Shown here: positions 52,982 through 64,000 of the stretch, piece after piece
How positions within the stretch are numbered: the stretch's first letter is position 1
Layout of the letters: each line of letters starts with the position of its first letter
Source: Tubiluchus corallicola
Taxonomy: Eukaryota; Animalia; Priapulida
Reading direction: 5' to 3'
Assembly (NCBI GenBank): GCA_030141605.1
Contig: JAQGDQ010000441.1
Coordinates: 108,197-172,196, forward strand
DNA length: 64,000 bases
Notes under the pieces: generated by a model
Told to the model about the DNA's origin: nothing
The model's input: the letters and a program-made list of their open reading frames with translations, nothing else
The model's database searches: none
Made by a program: the position numbers and the translations under genes

Positions 52982-53529
52982 GTAACCATTAAACGGGCGA
53001 CATGGCTTTAAATTTCCGTGGTCAAATTTAACCTTTCTGTTTATTACTTGAAATTAGTTAAGGAAAATGTTTTCTAAACTGGAAATTTAATTTACTGTCT
53101 CGTATAATGTTTTACTGTTCAATTCAATTCAATTTAATTTATTTATCTCTTTATAGTGTTACAATAAAACATGATTAATAAAAGAATCTCTAATAAGTTT
53201 TGAAGAATGGTTAAAATGTATAGATAGATCTAGAACTAGAGAAAGGATAGCGAAAAGACTATAAAGTCACCTAGTCTGCTTTCCTTTACCGAATATAGCT
53301 AAAAAGATACTAAGTTAATGTAATCCTTCTACATTCAGGTGGACTCACTCGATCAGCACTAAATTTCATCATTTATCTACTGAAAATGTATAGCCAGTTT
53401 ATTGGAAATTTTTGCCTAAGTTTTATTGTTACATTTTACTTACACAGATTCTGAATTTTTAATGCGTAAATTAACTTTATGAAAACAATTGCTTGAAAGT
53501 TTAACCCTCAGCAGATAATTAATAAGACG

Positions 53530-54051
53530 CTTTTTTTTAGTAAAAGATGAAGTCAAAATGCCCATAAATCTCAAAAATTCTTTGTTTTTTCACGAGTTTT
53601 CGTCCTCTCAGACTTCATCAGCTGCACTGAAAGATACAATAATAAAAAATTACAGATAAAACTACATATAACATAAAGGTGTACAGTGTCAGTAAAATTA
53701 TGGATACAAAAAACCATGAAGAAGCTTAATTAAAAACTAAATAAAAAAAGTAAAATTACTTATTAAGAAAATAAAGTGAAAATTAAACTAGCAAACTCAC
53801 CTGGCATCCATTAGATATAGCTAAGAGATTGAAAGATAAGCAAATATTTGCCTATTGACTATTGCCAGGTGTGTTTGTTAGCTTAATTTCCACTTTTTTT
53901 CTTAAGTAATTTTACTTTTTTTATTTAGTTTTTAATTAAAAGCTTCTTCATGATTTTTTGTATCCACAATTTTACCGACACTGCACACCTTTAGTTTATA
54001 TGTAGTTTTATCTGTAGTTTTTTATTATTGTATCTTTCAGTGCAGCTGATG
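53530..54051. mobile_element. Penelope-like inverted repeat with hammerhead-like core
   Basis: ~53616-53807 is inverted at ~53863-54051; the minus strand at 53630-53591 reads CAGTGCAG-CTGATGA-A-GTCT GAGA GGAC-GAAA-ACTC. Confidence 0.5.
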
Positions 54052-54469
54052 TTGGGTCGCCATGAGGTATGTGCATCTCCTTTTAGCCACTTGTCGCTAA
54101 ATGTGGCCGGTGGCACTCCGGGCGGGTAGGAGTACGAGTCTGAGAGGCTGCGAGGTCAGCCTCTGCCTGTGACGAAGTCAGGGCCAGACTGCAACCTACA
54201 ATTGAGCTTGGTTCGGCAGCTTGCTCTTGCTGTAGGGACCACTCCTGGTGGTGCCCTTCCGTCATTTTCAGTGTCACCAGTATGGTGGTGGCGTCCTACG
54301 TTGGCCTCCCTCTGTGGGAGTTTACCGGTTGGGACCTCGTGGAGGTGTAGGCACGAGTTTTCCGACGACTCAAATCTGAAGTGCAACAATACGGTTTCAG
54401 ATTTGCAACCAAACACACAAACTGCTTTTTACTGTTTGTTTTTAAACTACAGTTTGTCTTTGATCGTAG

Positions 54470-54585
54470 GATGCTCTGGCTGATTCTACTCATATCTCTC
54501 CACGCTATAAGTACAGCTGTACTGAGCTGCTGCAGGGTCTTAATCATATTGCTGCAAACGACAGTAATAAGGAAAAACTGATTCA
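54470..54585 (+). CDS. ARM-TIR exon (DALADSTHISPRYKYSCTELLQGLNHIAANDSNKEKLI)
   Basis: tcgtag| ... CA|gtgagt; phase 0-2 bridges its neighbours; ARM-like L..LA.ND.NK motif. Confidence 0.88.
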
Positions 54586-54715
54586 GTGAGTAAAAAGATG
54601 TAATTTTATTCACATTTTATTAAAATGTGATGTTTTGCAAAAAAATCTGGTTGACTTTCAAGTCTTTTTGCAGCAAATTGAAATTTGCTTATTTTTCTGC
54701 TGGAAAAAGGGACGC

Positions 54716-56400
54716 GTAATTTCAGCTTAATGTAAGCCATTATTCATTATAAACTTAATGCTACTTTGTATTGGTGCTCATAGACGTGTGACCCGGGGGT
54801 TGCAGTCCAACCGCCCCACAAGAAACCTGTAATTTCAGCTTAATGTAAGCTTTTATTCATTATAAACTTAACAGTACTTTGTATTGGTGTTCATAGACAT
54901 GTGAGCCGGGGGCTGCAGTCCAACCACCCCACAATAAACCCGTAATTTCAGCTTAATGTAAGCCGTTATTCATTGTAAACTTAGCGCTACTTTGTATTGG
55001 TGCTCATAGACGTGTGAGCCGAGGGTTACAGCCCAACCACCTCACAATAAACCCGTAATTTCAGCTTAATGTAAGCCGTTATTCATTATAAACTTAACAG
55101 TACTTTGTATTGGTGCTCATAGACATGTGAGCCGAGGGTTACAGCCCAACCGCCCTACAAGAAACCTGTAATTTCAGCTTAATGTAAGCCGTTATTCATT
55201 GTAAACTTAGCGCTACTTTGTATTGGTGCTCATAGACGTGTGAGCCGAGGGTTACAGCCCAACCACCCTACAAGAAACCCGTAATTTCAGCTTAATGTAA
55301 GCCGTTATTCATTATAAACTTAACAGTACTTTGTATTGGTGCTCATAGACATGTGAGCCGAGGGTTACAGCCCAACCGCCCTACAAGAAACCTGTAATTT
55401 CAGCTTAATGTAAGCTTTTATTCATTGTAAACTTAGCGCTACTTTGTATTGGTGCTCATAGACGTGTGAGCCGAGGGCTGCAGCCCAACCGCCCTACAAG
55501 AAACCTGTAATTTCAGCTTAATGTAAGCCGTTATTCATTATAAACTTAACAGTACTTTGTATTGGTGCTCATAGACATGTGAGCCGGGGGCTGCAGTCCA
55601 ACCACCTCACAATAAACCCGTAATTTCAGCTTAATGTAAGCCGTTATTCATTGTAAACTTAGCGCTACTTTGTATTGGTGCTCATAGACGTGTGAGCCGG
55701 GGGCTGCAGTCCAACCACCTCACAAGAAACCTGTAATTTCAGCTTAATGTAAGCCGTTATTCATTGTAAACTTAGCGCTACTTTGTATTGGTGCTCATAG
55801 ACGTGTGAGCCGAGGGTTACAGCCCAACCGCCCCACAAGAAACCCATAATTTCAGCTTAAAGTAAGCCGTTATTTATTATAAACTTAGCGCTACTTTGTA
55901 TTGGTGCTCATAGACGTGTGAGCCGAGGGTTACAGCCCAACCGCCCCACAAGAAACCCTTAATTTCAGCTTAATGTAAGCCGAATTCTTTATAAACTTAA
56001 CACTACTTTGTATTGGTGCTCATAGACATGTGAGCCGAGGGTTACAGCCCAACCACCCCACAAGAAACCCTTAATTTCAGCTTAATGTAAGCCGTTATTC
56101 ATTATAAACTTAACGCTACTTTGTATTGGTGCTCATAGACGTGTGAGCCGGGGGTTGCAGCCCAACCGCCCCACCAGAAACCCGTAATTTCAGCTTAATG
56201 TAAGCTGTTGTTCATTATAAACTTAACGCTACTTTGTATTGGTGCTCATAGACGTGTGAGCCGGGGGTTGCAGCCCAACCGCCCCACAAGAAACCCGTAA
56301 TTTCAGCTTAATGTAAGCTGTTATTCATTATAAACTTAACACTACTTTGTATTGGTGCTCATAGACGTGTGACCCGGGGGCTGCAGTCCCACCGCCCCAC
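54716..56400. repeat. 113-bp tandem satellite, ~15 copies, each containing a transposon 5' end
   Basis: Period 54716->54829->54942; unit = flank + TTGGTGCT + CATAGACGTGTGAGCCGRGGG... Confidence 0.95.
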
Positions 56401-56565
56401 ACACACCCAGCCCGGATACAGGCAAACGCAATTTTTCGGACACCAGCCAAATGATGAGAATAACATGGTGTAGGGTGTGACAATTCCCGACGACTCTAAG
56501 TTGGCCCTGAATTTTTTGGGCAAAAGTGGCTCAGCCCTCCAAAAAAATCGGCCCGCACGCTTATG
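56360..56565. mobile_element. hAT-like MITE ending the 113-bp satellite
   Basis: CATAGACGTGTG ... CGCACGCTTATG with 8-bp TSD TTGGTGCT / TTAGTGCT. Confidence 0.75.
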
Positions 56566-56767
56566 TTAGTGCTGGGGGTAAGTAAATTCGAACAGAATCG
56601 GTAGTAAAATCGTGCGCATTGCTCAATTTCGGGTTTGTTTATGTTTATTTATAACTTAATAAGCATTGAGTTATGAATATTTGTTAAACGGTTGTGCATA
56701 GAGACCGCAACTAAGTTTTGCCGATTGTTTCAAATGCTCTCTAATGGTAAACAACGTTAACAAACTG

Positions 56768-57269
56768 CAGGGATGAGAATTTTCCGCAGATACACGGAAT
56801 TCCAAGTTTTCGGAAGACCAGTAGTGGCATTTTTGTAAATCGCGTAAATTCGTTGAGAAAGTTTTTACGGACCCAGTACATTATTTCACAAGCTGACCGC
56901 TAGGTGGCAGGCCGTCACTTTGTTTACATCACGCACATCAGTGTAACCACGTGTATATCTCTATGTATAAAAACTTAGAATCAATTGTGTGGAGTTATTT
57001 GAGTCAATTGCAGACAGTTTTTATATACTTTTGCATAGGAGCAGCCAGTACTTAGACGTTTTTGAGACAATCAGGTATCATGTATCCTTGATAGTTGGAT
57101 ATTTTAAATTATGCATGAAATAAGGTAATTGATATTTTAAGTCCACTTAGAGGCTCTTCGTGGTCACAAAATTGCAATTTGTTACTGGCTCGCCCACCTT
57201 GAACCCCCAATGGGGCCTACGCGGCCCCCAAACCTCCGACCCGTTTGCAATTTGTCATTCTCATCCCTG
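56768..57269. mobile_element. CAGGGATGAGAAT-family MITE with 6-bp TSD
   Basis: AAACTG on both sides (56762-56767, 57270-57275). Confidence 0.85.
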
Positions 57270-57527
57270 AAACTGTTAACGCTTGTTAACAAACTGTTTA
57301 ATTATCCGAGCCCGGAATTTTAAGTTTTAATTGAATTCAAGTTAAATTACCTCGTTTTGGTTGAATTCAAACATTGAGCGCTCGTTCTTTATCAGCGCAG
57401 ATTCGATTCTTTCTTGAAAATGTTGGTTATTGTGATTTTGTGAAGGCGATGCTTTCTGTTGAACTAATTATAGCCTTTTGATTCAAACTTACGAGTTAAT
57501 TTTATCAGTGTTTTTATGTATTTATAG

Positions 57528-57673
57528 AAAAGGTGCGATACATTTGTACGTGCAGTTTCTGAGTCCTGAGTGTAGTGCAGAAGAACAAGATTTTGCTTGC
57601 AAAGGACTTTGGTTACTCTCTTTTAATGATCTTGGCAAAGAACAGATTAACAGCAATGAGAATTACATCCAAT
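57528..57673 (+). CDS. ARM-TIR exon (KGAIHLYVQFLSPECSAEEQDFACKGLWLLSF...ENYIQ)
   Basis: tttatag|A ... T|gtaagc; ARM-like EEQ..A...LW.LSF. Confidence 0.9.
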
Positions 57674-57743
57674 GTAAGCAGACACGTCGCTTATAATACC
57701 AACAGATACACAGCTATTATTCCTGCTTATTAATACATCTAAT

Positions 57744-58166
57744 GGCAGGTTCACACTAGCAAGTTTTCTCACAAAGTAACTCACAAACGCATTGAGACTA
57801 CAGAGCTGTGAGTTACTCTTCAGCAGTTACTGCGTGCTGACACTCACTTCTCTATTCAGTATGAGAAATGTCGAGAGTAACTCTCAAAGTAACTCGAAAA
57901 CATATTCGAGACTAGAGAGCAAAACTTGCTGAGAGTTACTCAGAGACAGTAAGCGCGAGCTGACACTCACTTCTCTATTCACTGTGAGAAGCGTCGAGAG
58001 TAACTCTAGTAGTTAACACTAAACAGTAAATCAACTCGCAGCCACAGTCGGAGATTTTGCAATAACTTGTCGACAGTAACTCACAAAGCAGTGCTGTAGT
58101 TCACACTTGCACGTTTGCAGTCAGGGAAAAAACATGCCACAAAAAACTTGCTGGTTTGAACCTGTT
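57744..58166. mobile_element. Harbinger-like MITE
   Basis: GGCAGGTTCACACTAGCAAGTTTT ... AAAACTTGCTGGTTTGAACCTGTT with internal GAGTTACTC/GAGTAACTC repeats. Confidence 0.65.
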
Positions 58167-58878
58167 GTAGGTGTAGCACAGGGTGTTAGGAACGCAAAAC
58201 AAGTACTTTGGTATTGTTGATTGAAAAAAACACGTCGTTATTTATTACGAACACTGGGAAAATATTATGTGAGCTAGATGATGTTTAAATAAGCTCTGTC
58301 TGTTCATCCCATTGCCTATTTGATGTAAAGTATGAAGAAGTTCTGAAGGTAATTGCTAAGACACTAGAATACAGGTAGAATTCAGGTAAAATACAGGTGA
58401 GCTTTATTTATATAAATCATTAACAACACTATACATTGCTCTCTCAGTTTAAGTCACATGCTTACTCAATGCTCTCTGAAAGCCAACTGCCCAGGTAAGT
58501 TTTTTCCAAGCAGCAAGGAAGCCAGCAATTCAATGAAGGTAAATGTTATGCATACTAGTTCAAGGATGAAAGTTTAGACTGTATATAAAGAAATAGACTT
58601 ATTTTATAGCTGAAATTTCTTGTGTGGGATTTTTAATGTTTTAACAAAAGAATGAAATAATATGACTAATGATCATAATTAAGAACTAATAATTAGTAAA
58701 AATAAGATAACGAAATTGTGAGCTTCACGACATAAAGTGTTGTAACTACAATGTTGTAACTTCTGCAATTAGATAGGTCTGTTGTTCAACATGTGGAGTA
58801 GGCTTTGCAAACGTTTTGTATCAGTTTTAAGCAAAATCTATGCTTTCGGTCTGTGATGTGTACACAAGACGGTTTTAG

Positions 58879-59134
58879 ACCAGACGGTTTAGTCTAGTGG
58901 TAATGCGTCTGCTTTCCGTCTGGGAGGTCGTGAGTTCGAACCAGCGGCCGGATCATACAAAAGACTTTAAAAATCGTAGCTGCTGTTGCCTTGCCTGACG
59001 CGTGGTATTTAGGGTAAAAGTGGGGTAGTACAGTCTCTGTTATGTAGTTGTAGGTTGTTATTTATAGTCGGTGATAATAGCTCTTTGAGCTAATATGTAA
59101 TTGTTGACCCAAAAGCCGACTTTAAAAAAGATTA

Positions 59135-59208
<74 letters not shown>

Positions 59209-59232
59209 ATTATTATTATTATCATTATTATT
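58879..59232 (+). mobile_element. tRNA-headed SINE copy (Meta-SINE-like)
   Basis: Box A TAGTCTAGTGG and box B GAGTTCGAACC; same body and (ATT)n tail as the 13285 copy. Confidence 0.82.
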
Positions 59233-59423
59233 TTCGTATTTTGATATTTTGATATGATCAAGTTAGTAAAACGATCGAAATTAAAAATTTCGTCACGCTC
59301 CGGCTTCGATCTACTGATCCTTGGATTCCACACTTATGCTCTGCAAACTACAGTGATCTGGCAAAGTGCATGTTTTTTGTACAATTTGCATGTAGAAATT
59401 TGATGATATTATCATTTTTTCAG

Positions 59424-59508
59424 CTTTACAACGTTTGCAGAACAGCGGTGATAATAATGTCAGCAAAGCTGCTGCCGGAGTGCTGTGGGTTGTGTCTGGA
59501 AAAATGAG
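59424..59508 (+). CDS. ARM-TIR exon (LQRLQNSGDNNVSKAAAGVLWVVSGKM)
   Basis: tttttcag|CT ... AG|gtagtc; last ARM repeat (AA.G.LW). Confidence 0.9.
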
Positions 59509-59710
59509 GTAGTCATTTTATTTATCTAATTTATAATAACCGAAACCCTTACCTACATTTAACTACTTTCATACACTTGTACGTATTACCAAGAATCTGT
59601 GTGCAGTGGTTTTACTATTCAGATACTATTGCAAATGCTCGAATGTCAAAGGCTTGAAATATGCATGTTGAAAACTTTCAGTTTGTATTTTCATTTTGGA
59701 CACGTCTGCA

Positions 59711-60157
<447 letters not shown>

Positions 60158-61388
60158 GAGCACAGATATAACCACATGATTACAAATTAGGTAATGTTCA
60201 ATTCAGCACAATCTCGGTCGTACAATCATGCTATTTGATTAAGCATTTATAAGTGATTTAATTGGAAAAAATTAAAAAAACACGCCCTTTTGAGGTACTT
60301 CAACTTCGCCTATCGAGTAGCTTAGTCTGGTGTACACTTGTGTGATCGTGCACACTATTTTATTGATCACCTGCTTGCTACAGCACAAGAAAACAGGCAC
60401 CTGTACAAAGTTCCGGGAAAAACTAACTGGTCAGCTAAGGAGAAATTAGGGTTGTTTCATCTTCTAACAGGAATTTCTTCTTAAAAACAGAGTAGATTTG
60501 AGGTCAAAGTTTATCAGAGTGTCATGTCTGGATAGTTGAAATTTTCTGCGTTAGCCGATTTCACACAAGTGATAATTAGCATTGTTACAGTACAAACACT
60601 GCAATTACTGAAAGATTTTCTTCAATTTTTTCATCAAAAATGGATTTGTAATTTGCCTAAAGTAAGCAAATGGATTTCATATATAATTTTGCACGAAAAT
60701 GTGTGAGGAGTAGAAACCAAAAATTATCAAATATAACGCAGTCATTGCTTAACGAGAACAGTTTTCCATGAACCTGTGCAAAATGCAGCAAAAGCTTACG
60801 ATCTTCAAGGAGCTAATTCAGTCAGACAAAAAATTTATAAATCAGGATAGCAAGTTTACCAATGTCCAGTCTATTGTTAGAAGCTACAGCAGGACAATGA
60901 ACGTAACAGCTGCGTGTCACAAACACCATGGTAACCTATTGTTTCAGCTAAGCTGTGCCTTGCTGCTGCGTGAAATTTTACACAATTTTTTTACAAATAT
61001 CATTATCACGCTAAAAGCTCCTGCTATGTGAATAACGTATTCAGGTTGGATATTCCATAGGTAAATCTGAAGACGTTTGCTGTTTTTGTTGAAATATTCA
61101 GATAATTTGTCCATTTGTGAAAAATCTGCAGACTCAAATCTGTACAAAACAGCATAAAACACTTTATGAATTGATTCAAAAAAGCACAAAATCCAAAAAA
61201 GATATTCGCCTAAAAATATGATCATTACAAAGCGTAAAAAAGCCCTCTTTAATACATCCATTGGCTGTTTTCGCCTGCCAATGCTTGTAATAAAATTAAC
61301 GAACATTGTGTCAGAAGTATAAACTTTCTCAATGGCCAACAAGTTAATTGTGTTTATGTTTATGTGTTATTGTTTGTGTTTATTATAG

Positions 61389-61513
61389 CGAGACGAGAAG
61401 TGCAGCCCACATAATGATCAGTTACCAGTGGACTCATCAGCCTCTTGCGCTTGTCATCAAGGAGAAGCTACAAGCTGCAGGTTTTAATGTCTGGATGGAT
61501 GTAGATAATATGA
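61389..61513 (+). CDS. ARM-TIR exon: start of the TIR domain (HIMISYQWTHQPLALVIKEKLQAAGFNVWMDVDNM)
   Basis: ttatag|C ... A|gtaaga; betaA (MISY), alphaA and betaB (VWMD) of a TIR_2-type domain. I found no further exon before 64000. Confidence 0.92.
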
Positions 61514-62127
61514 GTAAGATTCTTAATAAAACAGTGAAGTATAAACAGTTATTCTGCCAAGTGCTTCAGCAATCTTTTTTTACTTACAGAGCGAACTCTA
61601 TAAACTAAGTAACTCAACCGGTACCTACTGTATGCTCGCAACGTTACATGTGTATCAGAAAGTCAACAAAAATCTGTAAATTAATTACATTTACGCAGTT
61701 AATGCATACTACTTACGCATTTTACGCTATTCTGTGGGTTAAAGATATGTAACCACTTTAATCTTAGTCATAATTGATGACTAATGACTAATTTTTACAT
61801 AAACGCAGTTAAATAAAGCGCTAGAATGACTGAACTTCTGAATGAAACTGAAACTATGCATGGTCGGGAATACATCAGTCATTAGTGCATGTAACAATAA
61901 CTGCATGTGGCGACAAATGAAAAATAGCAGTAATCACTATTAGCACTACATTAGACACTGCTAATGTGATGGCTTCCTTACCATTAAACAAATCGGTCAT
62001 CTACTGTAGCTTGATTATTGGCACAATTCTGCCGCCTTCGAATAGGTTCGTAATTGCAATTGCGCAAAAAGTGACGGGTTCTATTTGCCTTGCAGTAAAA
62101 CATTTGTAGACATACCACACATCTCAG

Positions 62128-62618
62128 CAATGGCGGCTCGTAGCTAAAATTACTGGCGGTGCTGCTTCAGAAAATTTTTAGTTATTGTTTTAATACTGTG
62201 TAAAATGAAACACATAATTTTAATGTTGTAATTTTAAAGAAACAAACTTACGAATATTTTATACATAAACTTGATAAAATACGAAAACAAAAAATATTGT
62301 TTGCTTACGAATAGCCTAAATTGTCACAGTTCAAGAATATGCCGGTACACGGCTTTTAAGCACGTGGCAACTGACAACACGTAGTGCAGTGAGCGACAGT
62401 ACTTCTTCTACCTAAAGTACAGCGTCTGATCTCAGACATGTGTGCACGACCACATGTGCACAACAGCCAAACACCACGTTGGTAGAGCTGTGAACGCACT
62501 GTGCTGGTCTGTGATGCAAACAGCACTACCCTCACATCTTCTGTATCGATTATCGATAATATTGAGTGAAAATAGGGGGTGCTGCAATTCCACAGTGCCC
62601 ATACACGAGCCACCACTG
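62128..62618. mobile_element. hAT-like MITE (CAGTGGC family), third copy
   Basis: CAATGGCGGCTCGTAG ... ACACGAGCCACCACTG; internal similarity to 5023-6031. Confidence 0.7.
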
Positions 62619-63849
62619 CAATCACACACATGTGGACTTATCCAGTTTTAACTAACAATCTGGATTTTGGAAGCAATATCATTGAAGTATACTTTTGGCT
62701 TCTAAAAGTGTGAAACTGATGCATATATATTACATTGCTGAATGAACATGTGCCAGGACAGGCTTCAGTGTGATACGGCTACTGTTTATCCAGTTAAAAT
62801 ATTTAATTCACTACTAGTATTGCCCATACCAACAGGCTGCAGATCTCTTGAAACCGCTAGCTATCAGTATTTTGCTCGAACGAGGCAATTTTAATTTTTA
62901 TAAAATTCAGCCAGAAAAGTAATTATTAGTTTGAATTACTGGACATGTATTAATGCATTAGTAAGTAAGTTTATTAGTTTATCACCATTTTTGAAATAGC
63001 AAAATACTTAACTAAGTGATTTATAAATCTGTGCAACATACAATAATATTACAAAGTGCAAAAGTAATTATTGATTAGTGGTGAAAGGGTGGCGAAAGAA
63101 CTATAAGTTATCGAGGTCAGCCACCCTCTCAGGATTGTTACTAATATAATTAATTAGTTAATGCGCATGTATCAGGTAATTAAAAATCATCAGATTTTGC
63201 ATTTAAGACGAATGAAAAATGATTATTGTACGAATGTGTTAGTTTATAATAAAATAATGTTCAATAATGGGAAAGAAGAGACACACGTGACTATCTTTAA
63301 ATAATAATTTAACTATTACGTATTTAAAATTAGTATTATGAGGACCTAGAGCCAAAGGAAGAAAAAATTTAATTTTGCGCTTGTAGCTGGCAAAAGTGGT
63401 AAACATGTATGTTTAGTTATGAAGAAAAGAGTTGAAAGCAAATATATCTTAAAATTCTTTAGGATTAGCGTTGATTATTACATAATATTAAAGATATACA
63501 TAAAGTTTTGGCTAACAGCTAACTTCTGTAATACCTGTATTGTATTTCTTTTCCTTGTTTTGATCTTAAGTACTAATTTTTTTATGCATGAATTTGTTTG
63601 TGTGAATGTCTGCTAATCCTAATGGTAATGGGTAATTTTATTTTTTCTAGATAATTTTATGCTTTTTGTTATCATTTTAATGTGAACTATATGTTCGTAA
63701 TAAACAGTACATATATCTATCTATTTATATATATGATGACATAGTATGTGCACGTTTTTTCATTGTATATAATATATACAATTTTGTATATATTATCAGT
63801 AGCACCATTATAGTATTAGTAGTACCATTAGTAGTATTATCTAGTCAGT

Positions 63850-64000
63850 ACCTTTGTAATATCTGGGGCACGTCGCTCGAATGGCCCACTCCCGCCTACC
63901 GTTCATGTTCGGCAACAGCAAGCCGTAGCACGTGGAAGCGCCGCAGAGGAGGTCAACAAAAGCATTTCTGGCATCAAATCAAGCGCGATATTGTGTCTCC
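63850..64000 (+). mobile_element. RTE LINE 3' ORF fragment
   Basis: YLGHVARMAHSRLP..., then after a frameshift WKRRRGGQQKHFWHQIKRDI, typical of the RTE C-terminal region. Confidence 0.65.

Noticed and set aside
54052-54416. GC-rich segment with short ORFs on both strands
   Set aside because: It has no recognisable domain, is not needed for the ARM-TIR frame, and is probably TE debris.
58879-58950. tRNA gene (also 13285 and 36512)
   Set aside because: A/B boxes are present but there is no closed acceptor stem, and the sequence continues into a shared SINE body and tail.

Overview
AT-rich, intron- and repeat-rich animal genomic DNA. A TTAGGG-derived repeat, GT-AG introns and the TE types suggest an invertebrate, possibly a lophotrochozoan (inference). 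It is not prokaryotic and contains no CRISPR array. Three protein-coding genes can be read by hand. (1) An intronless class A aminergic-like GPCR lies on the minus strand (969 to <1); the ORF track missed it. (2) TBC1D5, the retromer-associated Rab7 GAP, lies on the plus strand with 15 phase-consistent coding exons from 8676 to the stop at 39053. Its 5' exons are not in the window, so the GPCR is probably nested antisense in one of its introns. (3) An ARM-repeat + TIR-domain gene with a long disordered N-terminus lies on the plus strand (ATG 46307, 8 coding exons to 61513, continuing past the window). Introns are filled with MITEs (hAT-, pogo/Tigger-, Harbinger- and Kolobok-like), RTE fragments, SINEs and at least 9 minisatellites; these produce most of the long ORFs in the track. 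The most unusual signals are two convergent solo LTRs packed with heat-shock elements, a decayed env-like ORF, a 5S rRNA-headed SINE with RTE-derived body and tail, a 113-bp satellite made from a transposon/flank junction, a Penelope-like inverted repeat with a hammerhead-like core, and a candidate TBC1D5 cassette exon carrying a LIR/YxxPhi-like motif. All family assignments come from visual motif recognition; no database searches were run.
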